The notes under the pieces were generated by a model. It was not told the origin of the DNA and did no database searches. It saw nothing but the letters and a program-made list of their open reading frames with translations. 64,000 bases of DNA from a virus. The DNA lies in the IMG/VR virus record IMGVR_UViG_3300025929_000013, positions 44,848-108,847 of that record; one strand, 5' to 3'. Shown piece after piece: positions 1 to 8,266 of the stretch (the first letter of the stretch is position 1; the number at the start of each line of letters is the position of its first letter). The translations under genes and the position numbers were made by a program.

Positions 1-1377
1 TCCGAACATGCGCGAGAGGAATCCGGTCTCCGCGCCGCTGGCCGCGCCGCGCTGGCTGACCTTGATCGTGAAGCCCGAGGTGTTCATGTCGCTGCGCAGC
101 TTCAGCAGCCTGCTGATATTCGCGCGGCCCCGCACCGTGCGGGAGTGGTCGCCCCCGCCCAGCAGCTCCTCCTCCCAGCGTTCGCGCAGGTAGTCGGCGG
201 TTTCGTGCTCCAGGATCAGCCGCAGCAGGGCGTCGAGCTGCTCCTCGGTGGACAGGTCGACCGGCACGTCGTACGCGCAGGCCGCCTTGGGTTCGTACTT
301 GGGGCACACGTCTTTGACGTAGCAGGTGTCGCAGGCTCTTAGGGTGCCGCCGGTGTTGCGCAGCAGGGGCAGTTCGCGGATCTCGCGGGCGCCGTCCTCG
401 TCGGTGCGCTCGTGCGCGAACTTCTCGACGCCGATGCCGGGAAGCGGCTCGACGGGGCGCTGGCGGGGGCCTGTAGTAACTATCGGGTTCCGCGCCCCAG
501 GGGGGTCGATCTCAACATCGTCCGGGTCGTTTTCCGTGTTCTGCCCGCAAGGCGTTTCGGGGGTGATGGTTACTTTGTTGACGGCTTCGAGCTGCTTGGT
601 CCATGCCCACAGGGATACCTTCAGTACCTCTGCGGTGTCGTCCTCCAGCACGGCCTGGGCGTCGAAACCGGCCATCTCAATCTCGGTTCGGTGCCGCCGA
701 CGCGCGACGTCCTTCTGCCGGGAGTGGTAGCGGCGCAGCTCCCCGCGGCTCCACACGACGGTGTCGCCGTATTGCGAGGGGCTGAGCCATGAGGTGGAGT
801 GCACGCTGTACCAGGGGATGGCGGCCATCACCGACGGCTTGGTCATCGCCAGTCCGAAGAGCTTGACCCCGTCGCGCGCGAGGGAGACCAGGGTGGGGGT
901 GAGGTCTCTGCCTTCGAGTTCGACGGCGGCCAGGGCGATGTTGCGGTGCCGCTCGGCCATGAGCATCAGCTCGGCGAGCCCGTCCTGGGGGTGCCAGACG
1001 GCGACCGCCTTGTCCCCCGCCAGATCCCTCAGGGTGTCGCGGTGGCTCCTAAGAAGCGCAGGGCCCAGGGCGAGGGCGTCCATCTCCAGGACGTAGTCGA
1101 CGGCGCCGGTGTTGTAGCCCACGAAGTCCTCGTAGCGCTCCACCAGTTCGCGCAGCTCGCTCTCGCCGGGGGGCGTGGGGGAGTTGTTGAGGCTGTAGGC
1201 GCCGGAGTCCAGCAGGATATTCTGGCCCGCGTCGAAATGCTCTGCGATGAGCCACGGCTTGGTGAATTTGACCTTGCGCGCCAGCCCGATGTAGCTCATC
1301 GCGACGTCGGGGATTTCCTGGTCGGCCAATAGCCGCCGCCAGGCGGAGACCTCAGCGCCCGCGAACCAGAGCCTCAT
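1..1377 (-). CDS. DpdA/TGT-like (tRNA-guanine transglycosylase fold) protein with C-terminal Cys cluster; truncated by the window edge
   Basis: Absent from the ORF track because it runs off the left end. ATG at 1377 reads MRLWFAGAE...NILLDSGAYSLNN...VWHP...STSWLSPSQYG...CDTCYVKDVCPKYEPKAAC. LDSGA(Y/F)S is the TGT/DpdA-type catalytic motif. Confidence 0.7.
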   Translation of the reverse strand, partial: MRLWFAGAEVSAWRRLLADQEIPDVAMSYIGLARKVKFTKPWLIAEHFDAGQNILLDSGAYSLNNSPTPPGESELRELVERYEDFVGYNTGAVDYVLEMDALALGPALLRSHRDTLRDLAGDKAVAVWHPQDGLAELMLMAERHRNIALAAVELEGRDLTPTLVSLARDGVKLFGLAMTKPSVMAAIPWYSVHSTSWLSPSQYGDTVVWSRGELRRYHSRQKDVARRRHRTEIEMAGFDAQAVLEDDTAEVLKVSLWAWTKQLEAVNKVTITPETPCGQNTENDPDDVEIDPPGARNPIVTTGPRQRPVEPLPGIGVEKFAHERTDEDGAREIRELPLLRNTGGTLRACDTCYVKDVCPKYEPKAACAYDVPVDLSTEEQLDALLRLILEHETADYLRERWEEELLGGGDHSRTVRGRANISRLLKLRSDMNTSGFTIKVSQRGAASGAETGFLSRMFG

Positions 1378-1379
1378 GA

Positions 1380-1799
1380 TCAGTCTCCGGTGGAGGTGCC
1401 CAGGATCCGCCACGGCGTGGCTGGCGGCGCCGCGGTGATCCAGAAATTCGTCGCGATCGTCGGGTTACGCAGCAGCGCCTCCCACGCAGTGACCAGGGCC
1501 GTGTTGGAGAGGCTGGTGGCGACTTCGTAGTTCACCCGCGCCTGCTGCGGCGCAGGAGGGCGCCCCAGCTCGAAGTCGAGGCACCGTTCGAACTCCTCGT
1601 TCCATTTCTCCTTGTGTTCGGCCGCCTCGAACGCCTCCGGGTCGGCCAGCGCGACGTCGAAGATCGCGGCCAGTTTGCGGGCGACGCAGTCGCAGGCGCA
1701 GGTCGCCTCGGTGTACGGGGAGTCGCAGCAGGCGCAGACATCGCCGCAGGTCTCGACGCCGCGCGCGCAGTCGCAGTCTTCCAGGGTCGTCGCGGTCAT
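1380..1799 (-). CDS. hypothetical protein with Cys-rich N-terminus
   Basis: ORF packed between neighbours; 9 Cys in the first 38 aa. Confidence 0.75.
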   Translation of the reverse strand: MTATTLEDCDCARGVETCGDVCACCDSPYTEATCACDCVARKLAAIFDVALADPEAFEAAEHKEKWNEEFERCLDFELGRPPAPQQARVNYEVATSLSNTALVTAWEALLRNPTIATNFWITAAPPATPWRILGTSTGD

Positions 1800-2279
1800 C
1801 TATTCCTCCGTGGCTTTGGCGGCGCGCGCCATGGCGGACAGGTCGCGCTGGCGGTCCACCTCAGCCTCCAGCAGGTCCCAGGCGCTCGGGGTGGCGTTGA
1901 AGTCCGGGCGCCAGTGCGGGCGGGCGAAGGACGGCGACAGGAACGGCAGCACGGTGAATCCGTCGGCGAACGCGTGCGCGCAGCGGCGGGTGTCGGCGTC
2001 GATGACGAGGTCCAGGACGCCGGTGGTGCGCAGGGCGCCGAGGGTGCGCCGCAGTGTGCCGTCGCGCTGGTCCAGGCCGTGGATCTGGGTCAGCGTGATG
2101 TACCCGGGCAGCGCGTTGTATTTGAGCCAGTCCTCCAGCAGCTTGTCGCGCTGTTCGCTCAGCAGGTGCAGGCGGTGTTCCACCTCGACCAAGGCCTTAT
2201 AGAGGCCGGTTCCGGCGGGGATGGGGGCCTCCGACGAGGGCGCCTTCATGACGCCCTCGACGACCATCGCGATATTCAT
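1800..2279 (-). CDS. hypothetical protein, degenerate HAD-like fold
   Basis: IAMVVEGV resembles HAD motif I without the catalytic Asp; tightly packed operon. Confidence 0.6.
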   Translation of the reverse strand: MNIAMVVEGVMKAPSSEAPIPAGTGLYKALVEVEHRLHLLSEQRDKLLEDWLKYNALPGYITLTQIHGLDQRDGTLRRTLGALRTTGVLDLVIDADTRRCAHAFADGFTVLPFLSPSFARPHWRPDFNATPSAWDLLEAEVDRQRDLSAMARAAKATEE

Positions 2280-2283
2280 GCGT

Positions 2284-2676
2284 CTAGTTCAGGCCGAGCT
2301 CGGTGGCCAGCTGCGCGTCGGCGGCCTGGCGCTGCATGGCGGCGGCGGTCTGCATGGAGGTGGCCACGATGCCCTGGATGAGCATGGAGTCGTGGATGCG
2401 CTCGCGCACATACCCGCAGGCCATGAGCATTTCCTGGATGCTGGCCGGGTGCTGCGGGGAGTACTTGGCCAGCGCGGCGAGGTCCTGGATGGCGACGGCG
2501 ACGCCGGGCTCGGTGACGACGACGAGGAACGCGGTGGGCACGCTCTGCCCGGCGGGGGTGCCGGTGGACTCGGCCAGCGCCTCCAGGTCGCGCCGGTCGC
2601 GCTCGCTCAGGCGCTCGAAGCGGGGGCTGCCGTTGGATCCGCCGCCGAGGGGGACGGCGCCCTGGGTGTTGGGCAT
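2284..2676 (-). CDS. hypothetical protein
   Basis: Start moved to ATG 2676 (MPNTQG), preceded by AGGAG. Confidence 0.75.
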   Translation of the reverse strand: MPNTQGAVPLGGGSNGSPRFERLSERDRRDLEALAESTGTPAGQSVPTAFLVVVTEPGVAVAIQDLAALAKYSPQHPASIQEMLMACGYVRERIHDSMLIQGIVATSMQTAAAMQRQAADAQLATELGLN

Positions 2677-2686
2677 GGGGATGCTC

Positions 2687-3187
2687 CTAGTTGTAGAGCC
2701 CTGCCTTGCGGCGGGCTGCTTCGACAACGAGTGAATGAACGGGGCAGAATTCGCAGAGATATCTGCTCAGCGAGCTGCGGAATTTGCCCATGCCCAGCTC
2801 TTTGCGCTCCTGCTGCGTGGCGGGCGTCAGCTTCTTGCGATCAGATTTGTATTCGTTGCACGCCGGGTTGCGGTGGTGCGCGGCCCAGCAGGCGAGGGCG
2901 TCCTCGGTGAAGGTGTCCCGCGTGGTGTAGAACTCCGGGTCCAGGCCCGTGTGTCCGCTGGCCTCGCGGATGCGCGCGACGATCGCCTCACGGGCGCAGG
3001 GGGAGTCCCAGAACCGCTTCTCGACCAGGTAGGTCAGGCCCTTGTGCGTCAGGCCGCTGCGCTCGGTGTGCCGGGTTTCTATCAGGTGCGCGAGGACTTC
3101 GTCCTGCTCAGGCGGCCCTTCATAGTCGGGCAGAGGCTCGACCGTGAGACAGTCGTCGCACCGCAGCAGCCTGATGTTCTCAGCCAT
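2687..3187 (-). CDS. hypothetical Cys/His (zinc-binding-like) phage protein
   Basis: CDDC, CWAAH, CNEY and CEFCPVH motifs. Confidence 0.8.
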   Translation of the reverse strand: MAENIRLLRCDDCLTVEPLPDYEGPPEQDEVLAHLIETRHTERSGLTHKGLTYLVEKRFWDSPCAREAIVARIREASGHTGLDPEFYTTRDTFTEDALACWAAHHRNPACNEYKSDRKKLTPATQQERKELGMGKFRSSLSRYLCEFCPVHSLVVEAARRKAGLYN

Positions 3188-3270
3188 GTGTCATCCGAGG
3201 GTCGCGAAAGAGAGCGGCGACATTCCCTCGGAGACGGGGCGATTCGAGATCCACTCTAGCAGCGGTACGG

Positions 3271-4380
3271 CTATGCGGCGGCGGTCAGCTGACCCCAGGT
3301 CACCGGGCCGATCACACCGTCCTGCGCGATCTTGCGCGCGCCCTGGAAGCGCTTGGTCGCGGCGGCGGTGTGCGGGCCGTAGACGCCGTCGATCCCGGCG
3401 GGGTCGAAGCCGAGCAGCCAGAGCATGGCCTGGGCGCGCTGCACGTGGGCGCCCTGGCTCCCGCTGGCCAGGATGAGGCCGGGGTAGTGCAGATCGACAC
3501 GGTGGGCGCCGAGGCAGCCCCAGGTGATCGGGCCGACGACGCCGTCCACGGCCAGGTCCCAGGCGCCCTGCGCGTGCTGCACGGCGGCCAGGGTGCGGAA
3601 GCCGAACTGCCCGTCGATGCCCTGGCTGTCATAGCCCAGGGCCGAGAGCAGACTCTGTGCGGCGCGCACGTCGTCGCCGCCCATGCCGATGCTCAGGGTG
3701 CGGTGCACGCCGGTGGTGTTGGGCACGGCGTCGGTGACCGGCTCGCCGAGCATGGCCGCGAACTCGGCCGCGGTGCCGCGGTAGGCGTTGAAGTCGACCT
3801 TCTGGCCCTGCTCATTGGCGGCGTCGGTGTACTGCCACAGCGCCGGTGTCATGCCGCCGTAGGGATTCCAGCCCACGCCGCCGTCTCCGCCGTCCGCCTC
3901 GTACTGGGACAGGCCCGTGCCCGCGGCGCCGGGGTAGTTGGAGGAGATCAGGAACATCCCGCGATCGCGCAGGGGCTTCAGGTCGACCGAGCCCCAGTAC
4001 TGCTGCCAGTACCATTTGGGCAGGTAGAGCAGCTTGATGCGCAGGCCGCGGGCGTGGGCCTCGTCGATGATGTTGCAGACCAGTGCGAGGCTGGGGGCCT
4101 TGCCTGCCACGACCTCCACGTCCAGCATGCCCGGCAGGCTCTTGTCCCCGACGTGGTTGGCCATGTTCTGGGCCTGGGCTGCGGCGGAGTCGGCGACCGT
4201 GGCGAAGTGGTACCAGATGCCCGGCCTGCCCGCCTTGGTGACCTGCGCCATCCACGCCGGGTAGAACGGATCTACGTAAGACGCGCCCTGCGTCGCCTTG
4301 ACCAGGTAGAAGTCGCCGTCCGGCAGGGGCAGTACGAGTCCCTGCTGGTAGCTGGCGATGTCCGGTCCGCGCAGTGTCAT
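3271..4380 (-). CDS. endolysin: GH25 muramidase plus two peptidoglycan-binding domains
   Basis: DIASYQ, VKATQG, WYHF, LDVE and WQYT GH25 motifs; two IDGxxG...VDGVVGPITW-type PG-binding repeats. Confidence 0.92.
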   Translation of the reverse strand: MTLRGPDIASYQQGLVLPLPDGDFYLVKATQGASYVDPFYPAWMAQVTKAGRPGIWYHFATVADSAAAQAQNMANHVGDKSLPGMLDVEVVAGKAPSLALVCNIIDEAHARGLRIKLLYLPKWYWQQYWGSVDLKPLRDRGMFLISSNYPGAAGTGLSQYEADGGDGGVGWNPYGGMTPALWQYTDAANEQGQKVDFNAYRGTAAEFAAMLGEPVTDAVPNTTGVHRTLSIGMGGDDVRAAQSLLSALGYDSQGIDGQFGFRTLAAVQHAQGAWDLAVDGVVGPITWGCLGAHRVDLHYPGLILASGSQGAHVQRAQAMLWLLGFDPAGIDGVYGPHTAAATKRFQGARKIAQDGVIGPVTWGQLTAAA

Positions 4381-4450
4381 GACAAACCCCCGGGCTTGTT
4401 CGAGTCTTTTCATCCATGCTCGAACGATTTCCCGGGGGTCTGTTAGGTGC

Positions 4451-4627
4451 TTATTGCGGCGGGCGCCGGATACTCCAGCCGGTGCCGACGCCGAGCAGGT
4501 GCACCGCGAGGCAGAAGAGGCCAGCGAGCGCGAGGCTCAGCGGGCTGAACCAGGCGTTGGTCGACGTGCCGCTGCCGTTGATGATGAACGCGACGGCGAA
4601 CAGGATCGCTGCGATCAGTCCGAACAT
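4451..4627 (-). CDS. 58-aa two-TM membrane protein (holin candidate)
   Basis: Below the ORF-track cutoff: MFGLIAAILFAVAFIINGSGTSTNAWFSPLSLALAGLFCLAVHLLGVGTGWSIRRPPQ, directly upstream of the endolysin. Confidence 0.75.
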   Translation of the reverse strand: MFGLIAAILFAVAFIINGSGTSTNAWFSPLSLALAGLFCLAVHLLGVGTGWSIRRPPQ

Positions 4628-4629
4628 GC

Positions 4630-4875
4630 TCAGCCCCAGGGGTCGGCGGGCGGGGTGGCGCAGTACGCCTGGGTGCGCACCGGGCCGCGGGTGGGGGCCT
4701 GCTTGACCTCGGCCTCGTGGATGCCGAAATATAGGTCGTGCAGGTCGCTACGGGATTCCTGGGTCATGGCGTCAACCTGGAGGCCGCCGCGGTCGCGCAC
4801 GACCTTCTTGTAGGTCCCGTCGGTCAATCCGCTGTCGAGCTCGCGGTTCATCGAGCGCAGCTGGGGCAGTCCCAT
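4630..4875 (-). CDS. hypothetical protein
   Basis: ATG 4875 (MGLPQLRSMN), abuts the upstream gene stop. Confidence 0.7.
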   Translation of the reverse strand: MGLPQLRSMNRELDSGLTDGTYKKVVRDRGGLQVDAMTQESRSDLHDLYFGIHEAEVKQAPTRGPVRTQAYCATPPADPWG

Positions 4876-4876
4876 C

Positions 4877-5113
4877 TCACGCCCCCTTTCCAGGAGAGCC
4901 GGGGGCCGCGGGGACCTTGGGTGCGGCGGGCATGCGGGTGGCGATCGCGTGCTCCCCGGCGGCGACCTTGAACGTGGAGGCCTGCGAGACCGCGGCGGTG
5001 CTCGCCTGCTTGGCCCGGGGCCTATGGGTATGAATGGCGAAAGCACCGTTGTCACCGTTGCCTGTGTGGCGCGCGTCGAACGTCCCCTTCGGATGCGGCT
5101 TGACAGCCATCAC
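4877..5113 (-). CDS. hypothetical protein
   Basis: Packed ORF overlapping the upstream stop. Confidence 0.6.
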   Translation of the reverse strand: MMAVKPHPKGTFDARHTGNGDNGAFAIHTHRPRAKQASTAAVSQASTFKVAAGEHAIATRMPAAPKVPAAPGSPGKGA

Positions 5114-5415
5114 ATCACCCCCAGGGTCGGGTAGCTAGTGCCGCTGTATCCGGCCTGCGAGCCGGTGTAGTCCACGCGCGGCAGCGGGAACTTGGAGTCC
5201 ACCGCGAGCACGTCCGCGATGGTCGGCTGCTGGCACGGGCCGTATCCGAAGCGGGGCGGCGCGGGCTTGCCGATGTTCGCGATCGGCGGGCGGATCGCCT
5301 CGATCGCCGCGGTCGAGAGCCTGGCCTGGCCGCTCAGTGCGCGGCTGACCTGGTTCTCCTGCAAGCTCTGCCACGGCTTGGTGGTGTCGTAGACCGTATT
5401 CGAGTTCTGCATCAC
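5110..5415 (-). CDS. hypothetical protein
   Basis: Packed ORF, high GC3. Confidence 0.7.
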   Translation of the reverse strand: MMQNSNTVYDTTKPWQSLQENQVSRALSGQARLSTAAIEAIRPPIANIGKPAPPRFGYGPCQQPTIADVLAVDSKFPLPRVDYTGSQAGYSGTSYPTLGVM

Positions 5416-5943
5416 TTAGCTCCACGCCGGTCGCAGGTGCGCGAGCTGCGCGACCCGCCTGGGATTGGTCTGGCCGAGGGCGTTGGGGTCCTCGGGGTAG
5501 CTCACCTGCTTCATCCGGTACATCTCGGCCGGGCTGGCGGCCGGGACCTTGCCCAGGTGCGCCAGGCGCTCGACCTCGTTGCCGTGCGCGGTCCAGCGCT
5601 CGCCGCCGCGCTGCTGGGCCTCGATGCCGGACATCAGGTTCAGCTCGGGACGCCAGAAATAGTCGTTGAGGTCAATGCGCTCACCCTTGTGCACGCCGCG
5701 CTGGTACTGGCGCTGGGTCAGGCGACCCTGCACGTTGAGCATCACCCGGTCCTGGCGCCGGTCTATCAGGGTACCGATATAACCGTCTGGATACTGTGCC
5801 TGGGGGGCGCGGCCGGTCTGCATCATGCGCCGGGCGTCCTGGATGGAGCGCCCGCCGATCAGCGGCACGCCGCCGTTGGCGTTCTGGACGACAGAGCCCT
5901 GCTGACCCACGCCCATCGGCGGGTTGTACATCCAGTTCGGCAT
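5416..5943 (-). CDS. hypothetical phage protein
   Basis: Protein-like sequence (YPDGY, YQRGVHKGERID); RBS-like GGGG upstream. Confidence 0.8.
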   Translation of the reverse strand: MPNWMYNPPMGVGQQGSVVQNANGGVPLIGGRSIQDARRMMQTGRAPQAQYPDGYIGTLIDRRQDRVMLNVQGRLTQRQYQRGVHKGERIDLNDYFWRPELNLMSGIEAQQRGGERWTAHGNEVERLAHLGKVPAASPAEMYRMKQVSYPEDPNALGQTNPRRVAQLAHLRPAWS

Positions 5944-5954
5944 GGGTCACCCCC

Positions 5955-6128
5955 TTACATCGAGGACTTGCGGGCCGCCTGGTCGGCGGTCGGCATGGGG
6001 CTGATCGGCGAGGCGCCCGGGGCAGGTGCCGGATGAGCGCGCACGCCCGGCTGGCCCTGTGCGGCGAGCGAGGTGGAGAACTGGTGCGGGCTGATCGGCG
6101 CGGCGCCGGAGGTGTCGTAGCCGGACAT
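5955..6128 (-). CDS. hypothetical 57-aa protein
   Basis: ATG 6128 overlaps the TGA of the upstream gene (TGATG). Confidence 0.6.
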   Translation of the reverse strand: MSGYDTSGAAPISPHQFSTSLAAQGQPGVRAHPAPAPGASPISPMPTADQAARKSSM

Positions 6129-6454
6129 CAGTTCGGCTCCGGACCGAGGCCGTCGAACCCGGCGCGCCAGGTGTCCTTCTGGCCGTGGCTGGAGGGCAGC
6201 ATGTAGACGTTGCGGCCCAGGCCCTCGGCGGGGGCGGGGTAGGCGCGGGTGGCGGTGACCACGTTGCAGGCGCCGGAGGTCTCCTTGGTCTGGGAGCGGC
6301 GGCCGACCGGCTGGCGGGTGGGGTCCTTGGTCTTGCCCGAGCCCTTCTTGGGCACGAGGGTGCCGCCCTTGACCCCGACGGCGCGCGAGGACGTGGCGTC
6401 CGAGGTGCCGATCAAGGGCCCCATCGGCGAGATCTCGTTGCGGCTCTTGGCCAT
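6128..6454 (-). CDS. hypothetical protein
   Basis: GGAGG RBS before ATG. Confidence 0.7.
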   Translation of the reverse strand: MAKSRNEISPMGPLIGTSDATSSRAVGVKGGTLVPKKGSGKTKDPTRQPVGRRSQTKETSGACNVVTATRAYPAPAEGLGRNVYMLPSSHGQKDTWRAGFDGLGPEPN

Positions 6455-6512
6455 GGACGTGCCTCCGACATGAGCGGCCTAAGTGCGAGCGGGTGACGAT
6501 CGGCCCTGCCCA

Positions 6513-6518
6513 CAGTAT
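6513..6518 (-). promoter_or_regulatory. putative sigma70-type -10 box (TATACT)
   Basis: TATACT on the minus strand in the gap upstream of the 6454 operon. Confidence 0.35.
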
Positions 6519-6532
6519 AAAGACGTGGATGC

Positions 6533-6850
6533 CTAAGCCGTGAGTGAGGCTTCGCGGCGGCGATCGCTGCCCCAGCCCCCGCCCACGGCCTCCACCCGGA
6601 AGCTCAGGGCGCTGACGCTGCCCTCGGCGACCTGCGCGTCGGTGAACGCGATCGTGGTGATCACTGTGAGGCCCCGCTGGGCGAGGTAGCCCTGGGCGAT
6701 GGGCACGGACTTCGCAGCCTGGTTCACGGCGCTCGGCCCGATGGCGCGCATCTCGACGGTGCGCCCGTCGGCCAGGGCGTGCGCGACCGCGCTGCCCAGC
6801 TCGACGGCGGGGGTTCCGCTCTTGACGCGGAAGACGCGCGGCGCGGCCAT
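6533..6850 (-). CDS. spoVS: SpoVS-family (stage V sporulation protein S-like) protein
   Basis: RVKSGT...LGSAVAHAL...MRAIGPSAVNQAAKSVPIAQGYL matches the SpoVS consensus. Confidence 0.85.
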   Translation of the reverse strand: MAAPRVFRVKSGTPAVELGSAVAHALADGRTVEMRAIGPSAVNQAAKSVPIAQGYLAQRGLTVITTIAFTDAQVAEGSVSALSFRVEAVGGGWGSDRRREASLTA

Positions 6851-6919
6851 GGTGCTCCAAATCCGGTACTTCAGATACGAGTCCTTGTACTGAAGGTACG
6901 GCCGGGCCCTGCGGCGGTG

Positions 6920-7504
6920 TTACGCCGCCCGCGCGGTGCGCTTCATCTCGGTGTGCGGCGTGAGGGTCTGGCGCATGCGCACGTCGCGCGGCTCGTCGCC
7001 GCGGGTGGACATCGCCTTGGCGATACGGGCGAGCACGTAGGCGTCGGCGGCGTTATCGGCCTGCGCCTTGGTCATCTCCTTGGCGAAGTCGATGCCCCAC
7101 AGGCCCTTGACGGAGGCGATGACGATGTCCTTGGGCGCGCGCCCGGTGCCGGAGACGAACTTCTTGAGCGTGGGCGGAGGCACGAGGGTGGGGTAGCACA
7201 CGGGGGAGTCCAGGGTCATGCGCAGCACGGTCTTGACCACCGCGCCCAGCTCCCCGGCCTCCTCGCGCCCGTGGCTGGCGCCGTAGGCGTAGCCCTCCAT
7301 GCACACGTGGGCGACGTAGTAGCCGTGGCGGGTGTGGGTGATCTGCTCGGTCAGCCAGCGGCCGATCGCGTTGAGCCGGTCGACGCCGCTGCCATAGCTG
7401 CCCGGGGGGAACGCGGTGACCGTGGTGGTGTGCCCGTGAGGCCGCAGGATGCTCAGGCCGAATCCGCTGTAAGACTGGTCGATGCCGATCCAGCACTCGC
7501 TCAC
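6920..7504 (-). CDS. RuvC-like Holliday junction resolvase
   Basis: IGIDQS, MEGY, PPPTLKKFVSGTGRAPK and DNAADA motifs; GTG start at 7504. Confidence 0.88.
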   Translation of the reverse strand: MSECWIGIDQSYSGFGLSILRPHGHTTTVTAFPPGSYGSGVDRLNAIGRWLTEQITHTRHGYYVAHVCMEGYAYGASHGREEAGELGAVVKTVLRMTLDSPVCYPTLVPPPTLKKFVSGTGRAPKDIVIASVKGLWGIDFAKEMTKAQADNAADAYVLARIAKAMSTRGDEPRDVRMRQTLTPHTEMKRTARAA

Positions 7505-7806
7505 GGCACGTCCCGGAATTTGGAGACGCTGTGGACGCGCATGTACAGCTCCGGTCCGAAGCGGCTTTCGACCGTGTCGAAATACACCTCGAAGCGCACC
7601 ACACGGCGCCCGAGCAGGCCCGCGCTCTCGTAGGAATGGCTGAGCATGCGCCCCAGGCTGTAGCGCAGGGCGTCGGGCACGCCGAACCGGTCTATGCGGT
7701 CGTCGAGGAACTCGGACGGAAAGACCTCGCGGCACACCATCAGCCCGTGGGGATCATCCTTCTCGGGCATGCGCACGGTGTCGTCGGGCACGATCACGGG
7801 TTCCAC
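7501..7806 (-). CDS. hypothetical protein
   Basis: Packed ORF overlapping neighbours. Confidence 0.7.
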   Translation of the reverse strand: MEPVIVPDDTVRMPEKDDPHGLMVCREVFPSEFLDDRIDRFGVPDALRYSLGRMLSHSYESAGLLGRRVVRFEVYFDTVESRFGPELYMRVHSVSKFRDVP

Positions 7807-8266
7807 CTTCCGGTCCGGGTTTCTCTGTCGTGTCGTGCGGTGCGCCGGGTCAGCTCCCGGGAGACGACGGCGCCGCTGCGTTCGGCGTTGTCGCGCGCCA
7901 CGGCGGCGAATCCGCGGCTGGCGCGCACGAACTGGTGCTCGCCGTCTAGCTGCTCCACGGCCGCGTCCGAGAGGGCGGCGGCCTTCTGGGCGGCGACCGT
8001 GCGCAACTCCGGACGGCGCAGGGACGCGGCGGCCCTCTCCCGGTTCAGCGCCGTCTCCAGATCCTTCTCGTCGCTCTCGTATCGGCGGCGACCGCGGCGG
8101 CGAACGCCGTCCAGGCGCCGTAGACCACCAGCAGGCGCATCAGCTCGTCGTCGGACAGCTCGGTGATGTCCTGCGGCAGCTCGGGCATGTCGCCGTCGGG
8201 CTCGACCGGCAGGCGCAGGCCGCGGTTCTCCACCGCGCGCGCGGCTCTGCGGGTGACCGGCCTCAC
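7794..8266 (-). pseudogene. helical/coiled-coil phage protein split by a 1-nt frameshift near 8082
   Basis: GTG 8266 frame reads ...ELSDDELMRLLVVYGAWTAFAAAVAA, then protein-like sequence continues in another frame as YESDEKDLETALNRERAAA...VSRELTRR; span 473 nt is one short of 158 codons. Confidence 0.7.
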
